From Gemmatimonadales bacterium (lineage in GTDB: Bacteria; Gemmatimonadota; Gemmatimonadetes; Gemmatimonadales; GWC2-71-9), in assembly GCA_036559745.1 (NCBI GenBank), contig DATBSO010000043.1, forward strand, positions 1,833 through 65,832: 64,000 nt of DNA, written 5' to 3'. The position numbers and the translations under genes are program-made. Positions 27,434-35,904 of this stretch are shown piece after piece (position 1 is the stretch's first letter; each line of letters opens with the position of its first letter). Below the pieces are notes generated by a model. The model ran no database searches, was not told the DNA's origin, and saw only the letters and a list, made by a program, of their open reading frames with translations.

Positions 27434-29292
27434 GCGATTCCGTAGTCTTCGCCGTGGTTGCTCGATGCCCCCCACATCGTGCTGTGTACATGGTCGAACA
27501 GGATCCCGTTGATCGGCCCGGATGTGCGGTTCTGGAACTCCAGTTTGTACCCCATCCGCTCCAGCGCCGTGCGGACGCTGTCCGGGGTGGACGACGCGAG
27601 CAGCAGGCCGCCGGGTCGCGACTCGTGATCGCCGAACGACGACCGCATCTGGTCGCTGTTGATGTTGGGCGCTTCCGCCGCCGCCTGCGGCGTCATGCCG
27701 AACTCGACGATGTCGAGGAACCACTGCAACAGGTTCTGGTCCTGCGCATCGCCACCCTGCACGGCGAATGAGAGGAAAGGACGCTCGTCCTTCATCGCCA
27801 GCGTGGGAGTCAGCGTCACCCGGGGATGCTTCCCCGGCTCGATCACGTTGTAGGGACCATCCTCGGCGCGGGTCACGAAGCTCTGGGCCCGCTGGCTCAG
27901 GCCCACACCCGTCTTTCCCGCGATCACGGCGGGAACCCAGCCGCCGCTCGGCGTCACCGAGACGACCCATCCCTTCTCGTCGGCGGCTTCGATCGAGGTC
28001 GTGCCGGCGTGGAACTGGGCGCGAAATGCCGAGTCGGTGATACCCATCTTGGTCAGCGAGTCGGCGGCTGGAACCGGCGTCCACGACGCGAGAAGTGAAG
28101 CGAAGGGGTTGGTGCCGCCCTGGTAGGGATACGGGTCACCCGGCTTGACGGTGCTGTCGTTGCGAGTCCAGTCGATCTCGGCGTAACGGGCCTTGGCGTA
28201 TTCCTTGGAGAGCAATCCCTTCACCGGCTCCTCCGGCGGGAAGTAGGGATCGCCGTAGTAGAAGTCGCGGTCGGCGTACGCCAGGTTCATCGCCTGATAG
28301 AGCGTGTGGACGTACATCGGCGAGTTGTAACCCATCGCCTTGAGATCGGCCTGCTCCAGAATGTTGAGCGCCTGCAGCATCACCGGACCTTGCTGCCAGA
28401 TGGGAAGCTTGTAGACGGTGATTCCCTTGTACGTCGTGCTGAGCGGCTCTTCGATGTGCACTTTCCAGGCGGCCAGGTCGGCCATCGTGATCAGTCCGCC
28501 CTCCTCTTGCACCCCCCGGACGAGCTCGCGCGCGATGTCTCCCTTATAGAAGCGGTCGTACGCGGCGTAGATGGCCTGTTTCCGGGTCTTCCCCGCCTTG
28601 AGCGCGGCCCGCTCCGCGGCGACCAGCTTCCGAAGCGTCGCGGCGAGATCCGTCTGCACGAACATCTCGCCCGCTTCCGGCGCCTCGCGAGCTTGCCCCG
28701 CGTGCGGCAGAAAGACCGCGCGGGAGTACTTCCACTTCTTGATCTCGTCCTTGTTCCGCTCGATGGAGTTGGCGGTTTCGGCCTCGATGGGGTACCCATC
28801 GGCCATCTGAATCGCCGGCCCCAGAACGTCGGCGAGCGACAACGTTCCGTACTCCGCCAGCATCGTGAGCAGGCCACCCGGCGTCCCCGGTGTGACGGCC
28901 GCGAGCGGGCCATACTCCGGGGGATAGCGATACCCGTGCGAGCGGTAGTACTCGGCGGTCGCCCCGGTTGGGGCCACGCCAAGGGCGTTGATTCCGATGA
29001 CCTTCTTGAGGGTCGGATGGTAGATCAATACCTGAGTCTCGCCGCCCCAGGAGAGGACGTCCCACATGGTGGTGACGGCTCCCAGCATCGCGCACGCGGC
29101 ATCCACGGCGTTCCCACCCTTCGCGTACATCATGGCGCCGGCGGTCGCGCCGAGCGGTTTGCCGGTGATCGCGAGCCAGTGCCTGGCGTGGAGGGGTGGC
29201 TTCTGGGTTTGCTGCGCGGGAAGCGGCGCCGGAGATACGCATAGCAATCCAGCGAGGAGACAGATCGTCATGCGTCTGGACGTCATGGTCAT
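27427..29292 (-). CDS. ggt: gamma-glutamyltransferase
   Basis: Start MTMTSRRMTICLLAGLLCVSPAPLPAQQ (signal). The autoprocessing nucleophile region is HAGTTSIEAADEKGWVVSVTPS. The 1084-aa track ORF is a read-through of an upstream frame. Confidence 0.9.
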   Translation of the reverse strand: MTMTSRRMTICLLAGLLCVSPAPLPAQQTQKPPLHARHWLAITGKPLGATAGAMMYAKGGNAVDAACAMLGAVTTMWDVLSWGGETQVLIYHPTLKKVIGINALGVAPTGATAEYYRSHGYRYPPEYGPLAAVTPGTPGGLLTMLAEYGTLSLADVLGPAIQMADGYPIEAETANSIERNKDEIKKWKYSRAVFLPHAGQAREAPEAGEMFVQTDLAATLRKLVAAERAALKAGKTRKQAIYAAYDRFYKGDIARELVRGVQEEGGLITMADLAAWKVHIEEPLSTTYKGITVYKLPIWQQGPVMLQALNILEQADLKAMGYNSPMYVHTLYQAMNLAYADRDFYYGDPYFPPEEPVKGLLSKEYAKARYAEIDWTRNDSTVKPGDPYPYQGGTNPFASLLASWTPVPAADSLTKMGITDSAFRAQFHAGTTSIEAADEKGWVVSVTPSGGWVPAVIAGKTGVGLSQRAQSFVTRAEDGPYNVIEPGKHPRVTLTPTLAMKDERPFLSFAVQGGDAQDQNLLQWFLDIVEFGMTPQAAAEAPNINSDQMRSSFGDHESRPGGLLLASSTPDSVRTALERMGYKLEFQNRTSGPINGILFDHVHSTMWGASSNHGEDYGIAW

Positions 29293-30548
29293 CTCCCGAC
29301 CAGCGTCTGGATGAGGACGCCGAAGCCACCGAGCAGGATCATCGTACCGATGACGACCGCGACACGGCGGGAGAGCGCTGGAGTACGTCCGACGCGGATC
29401 ACGAGCGGCAGGTGAATCGATGCGCTCGCGAGAGACGCGAGGATCGCCCCGTTCCCGGCGACGTCCGGCGCAATCTGGCCGGCGACGGCGAGGTTGGCCG
29501 CGGACGCGACCGCGCTGGCGCTCGAAATGAAGCCTCCCAGTGCGCTCACCACGTAGAAGCCTGCCTGGCCGAACGCCCGCTGTGCCAGCGTCCCAGCGAC
29601 CGCCAAGAGGAGGAACATCACGCCAAAACGAAGGGCGGAGCTGAGCGAGAAGGGTGAGGTCATCTTCGGAATCTCTCCTCCTCTCGCGTCGGCACGCTCC
29701 CGTCGGAAGAGCGTCGCCGCCGCGGCGCCCGCCAGCATCAGCAGGAGGGTCGGTGCAGCGCTCCAGAGCGCCGAAGGCGCCAAAACCCCGAGAATGACCG
29801 CGTTCCGGACCAGCATGGCGGCGGTCGCGAGGATGACGCCGCGCCTGGTGACTTCCACGAGCTTTCCGCTGGCCTGGTGCACGCGGTCGGCAAGCTCGGT
29901 GACCGTCACCGTACTGTTGATCAGTCCGCCGAGAAACCCGGTCAGCTCCAGTCCGCGAGCGCCGTACATCTTGAGCAGGACGTAGTTGGCGAATCCAAGG
30001 GCAGCGACCAGGATGACCGTGATCCACACCGCCCGCGGACTGATGAGGCTCCAGGGATCTATCGTGCCTTCGGGAAGCACGGGGTACACGATGAACGCAA
30101 GGATGGCGAACAGGATCGCCGAGCGCAGCTCCGATTCCGTGAGCGCTCGGCTGAAGCCGGTGAGCGGCTGCTTCCACGCCAGCAGCGCGGCCGTTACCAC
30201 GCCTAAAGCCGTCGGCGTGAACGTCTGGCCATGTCCGGCCAGGACGCCGGCAAAGGCGATCAGCGCCAGCGCTGCCGAGGTGGTGATCTCGGCGCCCTCG
30301 CCGGTACGGATCGTCTCCATGTTGAGAAGGATGATGAGAATGCCGACCAATCCCAGCGCCACAAGGGAGTAGGACTGCCCCAGCATGCCGCCGACCGCCC
30401 CGAGGACGGAGACGAACGCGAAGGTGCGAAGTCCGGCCTCCTTCTGCCGCCGCTCCCGCTCGATCCCGACGAAGAGGCCGATGGCGAGAGCGAGCGTCAG
30501 CCGGGCCAGCGTGGGGAGATACGGCCATGAGGAGAGGTCGATTTGCAT
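29289..30548 (-). CDS. MgtC/SapB-family membrane protein with DUF4010-type C-terminal half
   Basis: N-terminus MQIDLSSWPYLPTLARLTLALAIGLFVGIERERRQKEAGLRTF is a typical MgtC start. The protein is polytopic. Its stop overlaps the ggt start as ATGA. Confidence 0.8.
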   Translation of the reverse strand: MQIDLSSWPYLPTLARLTLALAIGLFVGIERERRQKEAGLRTFAFVSVLGAVGGMLGQSYSLVALGLVGILIILLNMETIRTGEGAEITTSAALALIAFAGVLAGHGQTFTPTALGVVTAALLAWKQPLTGFSRALTESELRSAILFAILAFIVYPVLPEGTIDPWSLISPRAVWITVILVAALGFANYVLLKMYGARGLELTGFLGGLINSTVTVTELADRVHQASGKLVEVTRRGVILATAAMLVRNAVILGVLAPSALWSAAPTLLLMLAGAAAATLFRRERADARGGEIPKMTSPFSLSSALRFGVMFLLLAVAGTLAQRAFGQAGFYVVSALGGFISSASAVASAANLAVAGQIAPDVAGNGAILASLASASIHLPLVIRVGRTPALSRRVAVVIGTMILLGGFGVLIQTLVGR

Positions 30549-30605
30549 GGGCAGAGTATAGCTCGCGATGCCCCCGGAGCCCAAACCGTGCGGATGCGTT
30601 CCAGG

Positions 30606-31136
30606 CTAGCCCTGCCGCCTCCGGTACAGTCCATCGAACGCGGCCGACCAGGTCTTCCCGTCGTCCGGCGATGTTTCCCAATACTGACGAACGGTGCTGT
30701 CGGGGTTGTGGTGGAAGCTGAGGCGGTTGAGAAGGCGGGTACCATCAGCCTGGGGGGTGGTCCCTTCGAGTGTCAGCGTCGTGCCGTCGAAGTCGCCGGT
30801 AAGGTAGAGCGCATTGCCGCTGTTCGAGACCCACATCTGGTGCCACTTCCCGTCACGGCGGTCGTAAAACGTGAAGCTCTGACCGGTGCCACCTCGCGCG
30901 CCCTTCCAGTGCTCGTGGATGACACATCCCTCCTCTTCCAGTGTCACGAGGTTGTGGCCTGCGGGTTGGCCGCCGCTGGTCACGTCCCAGTCACCCTGCC
31001 AATAGTCGAACCGTCGGAATTCCGGGCTATCGCACTTGGGGAGCTTGGCGCCGCCCTGCGCCGCCGCGACCGTCGTTGCGGCGAGTGTGAGGACGGTGAC
31101 GAGGACCAGGCCGGGGATACGTGAAGGGTACTCCAT
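30606..31136 (-). CDS. hypothetical secreted protein
   Basis: Signal peptide MEYPSRIPGLVLVTVLTLAATTVAAAQG with coherent composition. No family was recognised. Confidence 0.55.
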   Translation of the reverse strand: MEYPSRIPGLVLVTVLTLAATTVAAAQGGAKLPKCDSPEFRRFDYWQGDWDVTSGGQPAGHNLVTLEEEGCVIHEHWKGARGGTGQSFTFYDRRDGKWHQMWVSNSGNALYLTGDFDGTTLTLEGTTPQADGTRLLNRLSFHHNPDSTVRQYWETSPDDGKTWSAAFDGLYRRRQG

Positions 31137-31276
31137 GGCGGCTCCGGAGTGGGTGGATGACGGCGGTCGAGGGGGGGAGACGATGAGGGGGAATCCCTCA
31201 GCACGCCGGGCAGCGTACTGCGCCTTGCAACGCCCGCGACGGGTGATAGACTCCATTGTGTAAGTAAATGATGGAA

Positions 31277-31296
31277 AAGGTGATGCACATCACCTT
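31277..31296. promoter_or_regulatory. perfect 20-bp palindrome AAGGTGATGCACATCACCTT in an AT-rich island
   Basis: Read directly, 43 nt upstream of the hybrid kinase ATG, in the divergent intergenic region. Confidence 0.4.
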
Positions 31297-31338
31297 GCGG
31301 CGCCCACAACCCATACCCGCCTCCCCGCGAAGGCGTTG

Positions 31339-33669
31339 ATGTCTGATGAACTGGTGATGCGAGTCCCCACTCCAGACAGGAAGACGCCGCAACGGGATCT
31401 CCTCGATCTCGTGGCGCGGGCCACCCAGGACCTGATCTGGGACTGGGATCTCCCTGGACAGCGGGTGAGCTGGGCCGGCGTGACCTATCCGTTCTTCGGA
31501 TGCGAGCCCGAGGAAATCGCGAGCACCGAGGGAGACGACTATCGGTCATGGGCGGCCCGGGTCCACCCTGACGATCTCGCGGCGACGGAGGCCGCTTCCA
31601 CCATGGCGCTGCGGGGTGGCGCCGACGCGTGGGAGCATGAATACCGGTTCAGACGCGCCGACGGGACATGGGCTCGCGTGCTCGAGCGCGCGACCATCGT
31701 GCGAGACCCGAGCGGGGAACCGTTCCGGGTCGTCGGCGCGCTGCGGGACATCTCCCGGCAGCTTGAAAACGACGAAGCCAGAACCCGCCTTGCCGCGATC
31801 GTCACCCACTCCAGCGACGCGATCATCGGCAAGACGCTCGAGGGGACGGTAACCAACTGGAACGCGGCAGCGGAGCGCCTGTTCGGATATCCCGCCGCGG
31901 AGATGGTCGGCCAATCGATCTACAAGTTGATTCCCGAAGAGCTCCACCAGGCGGAGCGCGAGCTTCTCGATCAGATACGCCGCGGTGCGCGCGTCGAGAT
32001 CGCCGAGACCGAGCGCATCAGGAAAGACGGCAGCCGCATCTACGTCAACATCAGCGTCTCGCCGATTTGGGATAGCTCGGGTCGACTGGTCGGCGCGTCG
32101 TCCATCAAGCGCGATGTAACGGCCAAGAAGCAGGCCCAGGAGGAGCTCCGGCGTCGCGAGGAGCGTTACCGGGCCCTTGTCACCGCGACATCCTCGCTGG
32201 TGTGGGAGGCCGATCCGGAGGGAAGATTCCTGGCGCCTCAGCGTGCGTGGGAGGAGTACACCGGGCAGTCGTGGACCGAACAGTGCACCTTCGGGTGGCT
32301 CCAGGCATTCCATCCCGACGACCGCGGCCCGGTAGGAGCCTCCTGGGCCGCCGCCTGTGATGCCGGGAGCACGTTCGAGTCGCGCGGGCTCATCTGGAGT
32401 GCTGCACGGCGGGCCTATCGTCATGTTCTGATCCGGGCCGTTCCGATCCTCGACGCCGAAAACCATGTCCGGGAATGGATCGGCACGCTCACGGACATCG
32501 AAGACCACTGGCTTACCGAGGAGCGCCTGCGGCAGGCTGAGCGCATGGAGGTCGTCGGACGCCTCGCCGGCGGGATCGCCCACGAAGTGAACAACCAGAT
32601 GACGGTCGTCCTCGGCGCTGCGGGCTTTCTGGTCCCCGAGGTGCACAGTGATCGCGCGCGCGAAGACGTCGAGTCCATCCGGCGCGCCGCCCAGCGAACG
32701 GCCACCATTACCCGGCAGCTGCTTGCGTACAGCAGGCGGCAGATGCTCCAGCCGCAGCTCGTCGATCTCAATGCGGTCACCGCGAGCCTCCAGCCGATGC
32801 TCCAGCGAGCGCTGAGCGAGACGGTGACGCTCACCCTCGAGCTCGCTCCCGGCCTGGATCGGGTCAATGCGGACCCTGGGCAACTCGAGATGGTCCTTCT
32901 CAATCTCGTGCTCAACGCCCGTGATGCGATGCCGAACGGCGGCGCAGTATGGATCGGGACGTCCACTGCCCAAGTCGATGCGGAATTTGCGGAGTCACAA
33001 GCGTACGACGACGCCGAGCCTGGCACGTATGCGATGTTGACCGTCAGCGATACCGGAGAAGGGATGCCGCCCGAGACGCTCCGCCACGTCTTCGAGCCCT
33101 TCTTCACGACGAAGGATGTCGGGGAAGGCACCGGGTTGGGCCTGGCGACGGTGTACGGAATCGTCAGGCAGAGCGGCGGTTTCATCTCCGTCGCGAGTCA
33201 GCCGGGGCACGGCACCACGTTCCGGATCTATCTCCCGCTGGCCGACACGGCGGCGGTCGCCAATCCCGTGCCCGAGCCCCCGCCTGTAGAAGGTGGCCAC
33301 GAGACGATTCTGGTGGTGGAGGACGAGACGAATGTGCGGGCCTTTCTCGCCCGCGCGCTTCGTGAGTTCGGGTACACGGTGATCGAGGCGGCGGATGGCG
33401 CAGAAGGACTCGATTGCGTCGCCGCTCGCGCCGGTCGCGTCGACCTGATCATCACGGACATCGTCATGCCGGGCGTCGGAGGGCGAGAGTTTGCCGAGCA
33501 GGTGTTGAGCCGTTATCCCTCGGTCCGGGTGCTGCTCATTTCCGGCTACCCGGGCCGCCAGGAGGCCGAGGAAGGTCGCGACCCAGAAGACGGCGTGGAG
33601 TTTCTGCAGAAACCTGTGGCGCCGATGGACCTGGGCCGAAAGGTCCGGGAGATGCTGGACCCGAAATAG
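31339..33669 (+). CDS. PAS-domain hybrid sensor histidine kinase with C-terminal receiver
   Basis: Three PAS-like modules (for example DAIIGKTLEGTVTNWNAAAERLFGY) and the H-box GGIAHEVNNQMTVV. The HATPase G-boxes are DTGEGMPP and GTGLGLATVYGIV. The REC domain shows ILVVEDE ... DLIITDIVMPG ... KP. Confidence 0.9.
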   Translation: MSDELVMRVPTPDRKTPQRDLLDLVARATQDLIWDWDLPGQRVSWAGVTYPFFGCEPEEIASTEGDDYRSWAARVHPDDLAATEAASTMALRGGADAWEHEYRFRRADGTWARVLERATIVRDPSGEPFRVVGALRDISRQLENDEARTRLAAIVTHSSDAIIGKTLEGTVTNWNAAAERLFGYPAAEMVGQSIYKLIPEELHQAERELLDQIRRGARVEIAETERIRKDGSRIYVNISVSPIWDSSGRLVGASSIKRDVTAKKQAQEELRRREERYRALVTATSSLVWEADPEGRFLAPQRAWEEYTGQSWTEQCTFGWLQAFHPDDRGPVGASWAAACDAGSTFESRGLIWSAARRAYRHVLIRAVPILDAENHVREWIGTLTDIEDHWLTEERLRQAERMEVVGRLAGGIAHEVNNQMTVVLGAAGFLVPEVHSDRAREDVESIRRAAQRTATITRQLLAYSRRQMLQPQLVDLNAVTASLQPMLQRALSETVTLTLELAPGLDRVNADPGQLEMVLLNLVLNARDAMPNGGAVWIGTSTAQVDAEFAESQAYDDAEPGTYAMLTVSDTGEGMPPETLRHVFEPFFTTKDVGEGTGLGLATVYGIVRQSGGFISVASQPGHGTTFRIYLPLADTAAVANPVPEPPPVEGGHETILVVEDETNVRAFLARALREFGYTVIEAADGAEGLDCVAARAGRVDLIITDIVMPGVGGREFAEQVLSRYPSVRVLLISGYPGRQEAEEGRDPEDGVEFLQKPVAPMDLGRKVREMLDPK

Positions 33670-33684
33670 GCGCTATGTTCCAAT

Positions 33685-33700
33685 CGAGCCTTCCGGCTCG
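33685..33700 (+). terminator. short hairpin CGAGCC-TTCC-GGCTCG followed by TTCTCCATTC (weak intrinsic-terminator candidate)
   Basis: Read directly, 16 nt after the kinase stop. The stem is only 6 bp and the T-tract is poor. Confidence 0.25.
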
Positions 33701-33732
33701 TTCTCCATTCATCCCGGTGTTGAGAAGAGATC

Positions 33733-35904
33733 ATGCGGCAGACGAGTGACGCCCCACCGCGTCCCAGGCTCGCCTACCGGGTCGGCGTCACGGGCCATCG
33801 CACCCTGTCGGCGGCCATCCGGCGTGACCTGCACGAGGGTATTGCCGCGCTTCTCGAGCACCTGCGCGACACCGTGTTGGACATCCGGAAGCAAAACGCC
33901 GCGGTCTACTCCACCGACCCCGCGTCCCTCGTTCTGGTTTCGCCGCTCGCGCGCGGCGCGGACCGGCTCGTTGCCCGGCGGGCCACCGCGCTCGGCTTCG
34001 AGCTCGATGTTCCCACCCCGTACGACCTGACCGAGACCGACCCCCGCATAGCCGATCCCGAGACCCCGGCCGGAAAGCTCTACCGGTCGGCCCGCGCGCG
34101 CTTCGTGCTCGACGGTCTGCACGGCGACGTCCAATCGTATGTCGAGGTCGGGCGTCGCGTGGTCTGGAACTCCGACCTTCTCATCGCCATCTGGGACGGG
34201 CGACCCGCCGCCGGACCGGGAGGAACGGCGGAGATCGTACGGCTCGCGCGTGAGCACGATGTCCCCGTCGTTCACTTTCACACCGAAAGAGTCGGGACGA
34301 TCACGCTGTACGCCGGGCCCGATCCGGTCGAGGCGTCCAGCGTCGAGGAGCTGTTTCCCAGAATCACGCGGCTGCTCGATCTCGCCCTGGTACCACCTGG
34401 CTCGGAGGACGGCGCCGGCGGTCATCGGGCCTCCAACCTCCTCCACAAGTACTTCGAGGAGACCCCGCCGTGGCTGGTGACGCGTCTCCTGGTGGGCAAG
34501 ACGTACGCGACCGTGACCGGTCTCCTCGGCCTTCCGGCGAGGATCGCTTTCCCCTCGCTGCCCCGGCACTGCGTGGAGGCCAGCCGACGAGCGTGGCGGG
34601 AAGATTGGTCGAAGGCGGACGTGCCGTCGTGGCTCACCAACCAGGTCGAAGACAGGCTGCTCGGGCACTTCGCCTGGGCGAATCATCTCTCGATCCTGTA
34701 TGCGATCCGCTATCGGTCGGTGTTCTTCTGGATCTACTGCCTGGCCGTGCTCGCGGTCGGTTCGGCTGTCGCCGGGCATCTGCACGAGGTGCGTGCAGGC
34801 AAGGTTCGAGCGGCCTGGATGGCCGCCAGATGCGAAGCCGGCCAGGCGAACGCGGGGACGCATGAATGCAATGTTCTCGGGGAGCGCCTCCAGACCGAAA
34901 AACGTGCAGCCCGCGGGTGGAGCGGATGGGAGTTCGCCCTGCTTGCCATCGTGCTCGTGCTGTTCCTCAGAGGAAGACTGGGGAAATACCACGAGAAGTG
35001 GGTCGACTACCGCTCGCTGGCGGAGAGGATCCGGCATCTGACCTTTCTCATGCCGCTCGGCAGTACGTCGCCCGCGATCCGGGTCCCGGTGCCGGCGCAG
35101 CACGCGGATCCCAGCTCCACATGGCTCAATTGGCTCTTCCGGGCCATCGTGCGCCAGGCCGGTCTGTTCGACGCCAGGGTGGATCCGACATACCTCGCGC
35201 ACTGCCGGTCGCTGCTCGTGGACGACGTCGTGCGCGGCCAGGCGGGCTACCACGAGCGTATCAGCCTGCGATTGAGTGCGGTGCATCGCCGTCTGCATCG
35301 CTTCACGATCCTGCTCTTCAGCGTGGCCTTTCTCGTCTCCCTCCTGCACTACTGGGGCATCCACTGGACGAAGAATGCGCAGCTCTCGTTCGCGCTCGCG
35401 GTGCTCCTTCCCGCTATCGCCGCCGCCGTTCACGGATTTCTGAGCCAGGGAGATTTCGAGAACGTTGCGCTGCGGGCGGAGAGCGCCCACCGCCAGTTGA
35501 CCCGGTTGGGCGACGAGGTGAGCGCGCTCTATCTCACCACGCCGTCCCAGCGACGGGAAATGGCGCGGGCCGAGCGCCGCGAGCGACTCGCGGCGCTCGA
35601 CGGCGATGCGCTTCGCGAGCGTGCGGTGCGGGTGGTAGAGGATCGTCTCGATGCCGAATCCGAGCCGGCGCTCGGGATCGCGGTGCCCGACCTCGAGCAG
35701 CGGCAGCTCGAGTGGCGGGAGACCGTCGCGCGTCTCGGCGATCGGGAGCTGCGCGACCTGCTCGACCGGGGCCCGCTCGCCGAATTTCCCGCGGCGGCGA
35801 GCGCGGAGCTGGGACGGTACGCGCGCCATGCCGCCGATATCATGGGCGACGAGCTCATCGGTTGGCGGGCGGATTCCCAGGTGCGGCCGCTGGTGCTGGC
35901 GTGA
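33733..35904 (+). CDS. SLOG-like (DprA/LOG/YpsA-type) nucleotide-binding domain fused to two 2-TM SLATT-like membrane modules and a charged helical tail
   Basis: The N-terminal ~190 aa has YRVGVTGHR, SPLARGADRLVARRA (compare DprA GxARGID) and LLIAIWDG..AGPGGTAEIV (compare LOG PGGxGTxxE). Four TM helices are at about aa 330-348, 398-412, 524-541 and 551-570. Each pair is followed by a conserved amphipathic helix (KWVDYRSLAERIRHL; FENVALRAESAHRQL). SD-like GAGAAGAG precedes the ATG. The domain call rests on motifs only, with no search run. Confidence 0.6.
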   Translation: MRQTSDAPPRPRLAYRVGVTGHRTLSAAIRRDLHEGIAALLEHLRDTVLDIRKQNAAVYSTDPASLVLVSPLARGADRLVARRATALGFELDVPTPYDLTETDPRIADPETPAGKLYRSARARFVLDGLHGDVQSYVEVGRRVVWNSDLLIAIWDGRPAAGPGGTAEIVRLAREHDVPVVHFHTERVGTITLYAGPDPVEASSVEELFPRITRLLDLALVPPGSEDGAGGHRASNLLHKYFEETPPWLVTRLLVGKTYATVTGLLGLPARIAFPSLPRHCVEASRRAWREDWSKADVPSWLTNQVEDRLLGHFAWANHLSILYAIRYRSVFFWIYCLAVLAVGSAVAGHLHEVRAGKVRAAWMAARCEAGQANAGTHECNVLGERLQTEKRAARGWSGWEFALLAIVLVLFLRGRLGKYHEKWVDYRSLAERIRHLTFLMPLGSTSPAIRVPVPAQHADPSSTWLNWLFRAIVRQAGLFDARVDPTYLAHCRSLLVDDVVRGQAGYHERISLRLSAVHRRLHRFTILLFSVAFLVSLLHYWGIHWTKNAQLSFALAVLLPAIAAAVHGFLSQGDFENVALRAESAHRQLTRLGDEVSALYLTTPSQRREMARAERRERLAALDGDALRERAVRVVEDRLDAESEPALGIAVPDLEQRQLEWRETVARLGDRELRDLLDRGPLAEFPAAASAELGRYARHAADIMGDELIGWRADSQVRPLVLA

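Noticed and set aside
27427-30681. 1084-aa single ORF spanning ggt and the MgtC-like gene
   Set aside because: Only the C-terminal 621 aa (from MTMTSRR at 29292) is GGT-like. The upstream 460 aa is Arg/Gly/Pro-rich read-through that overlaps the real MgtC-like gene in another frame.
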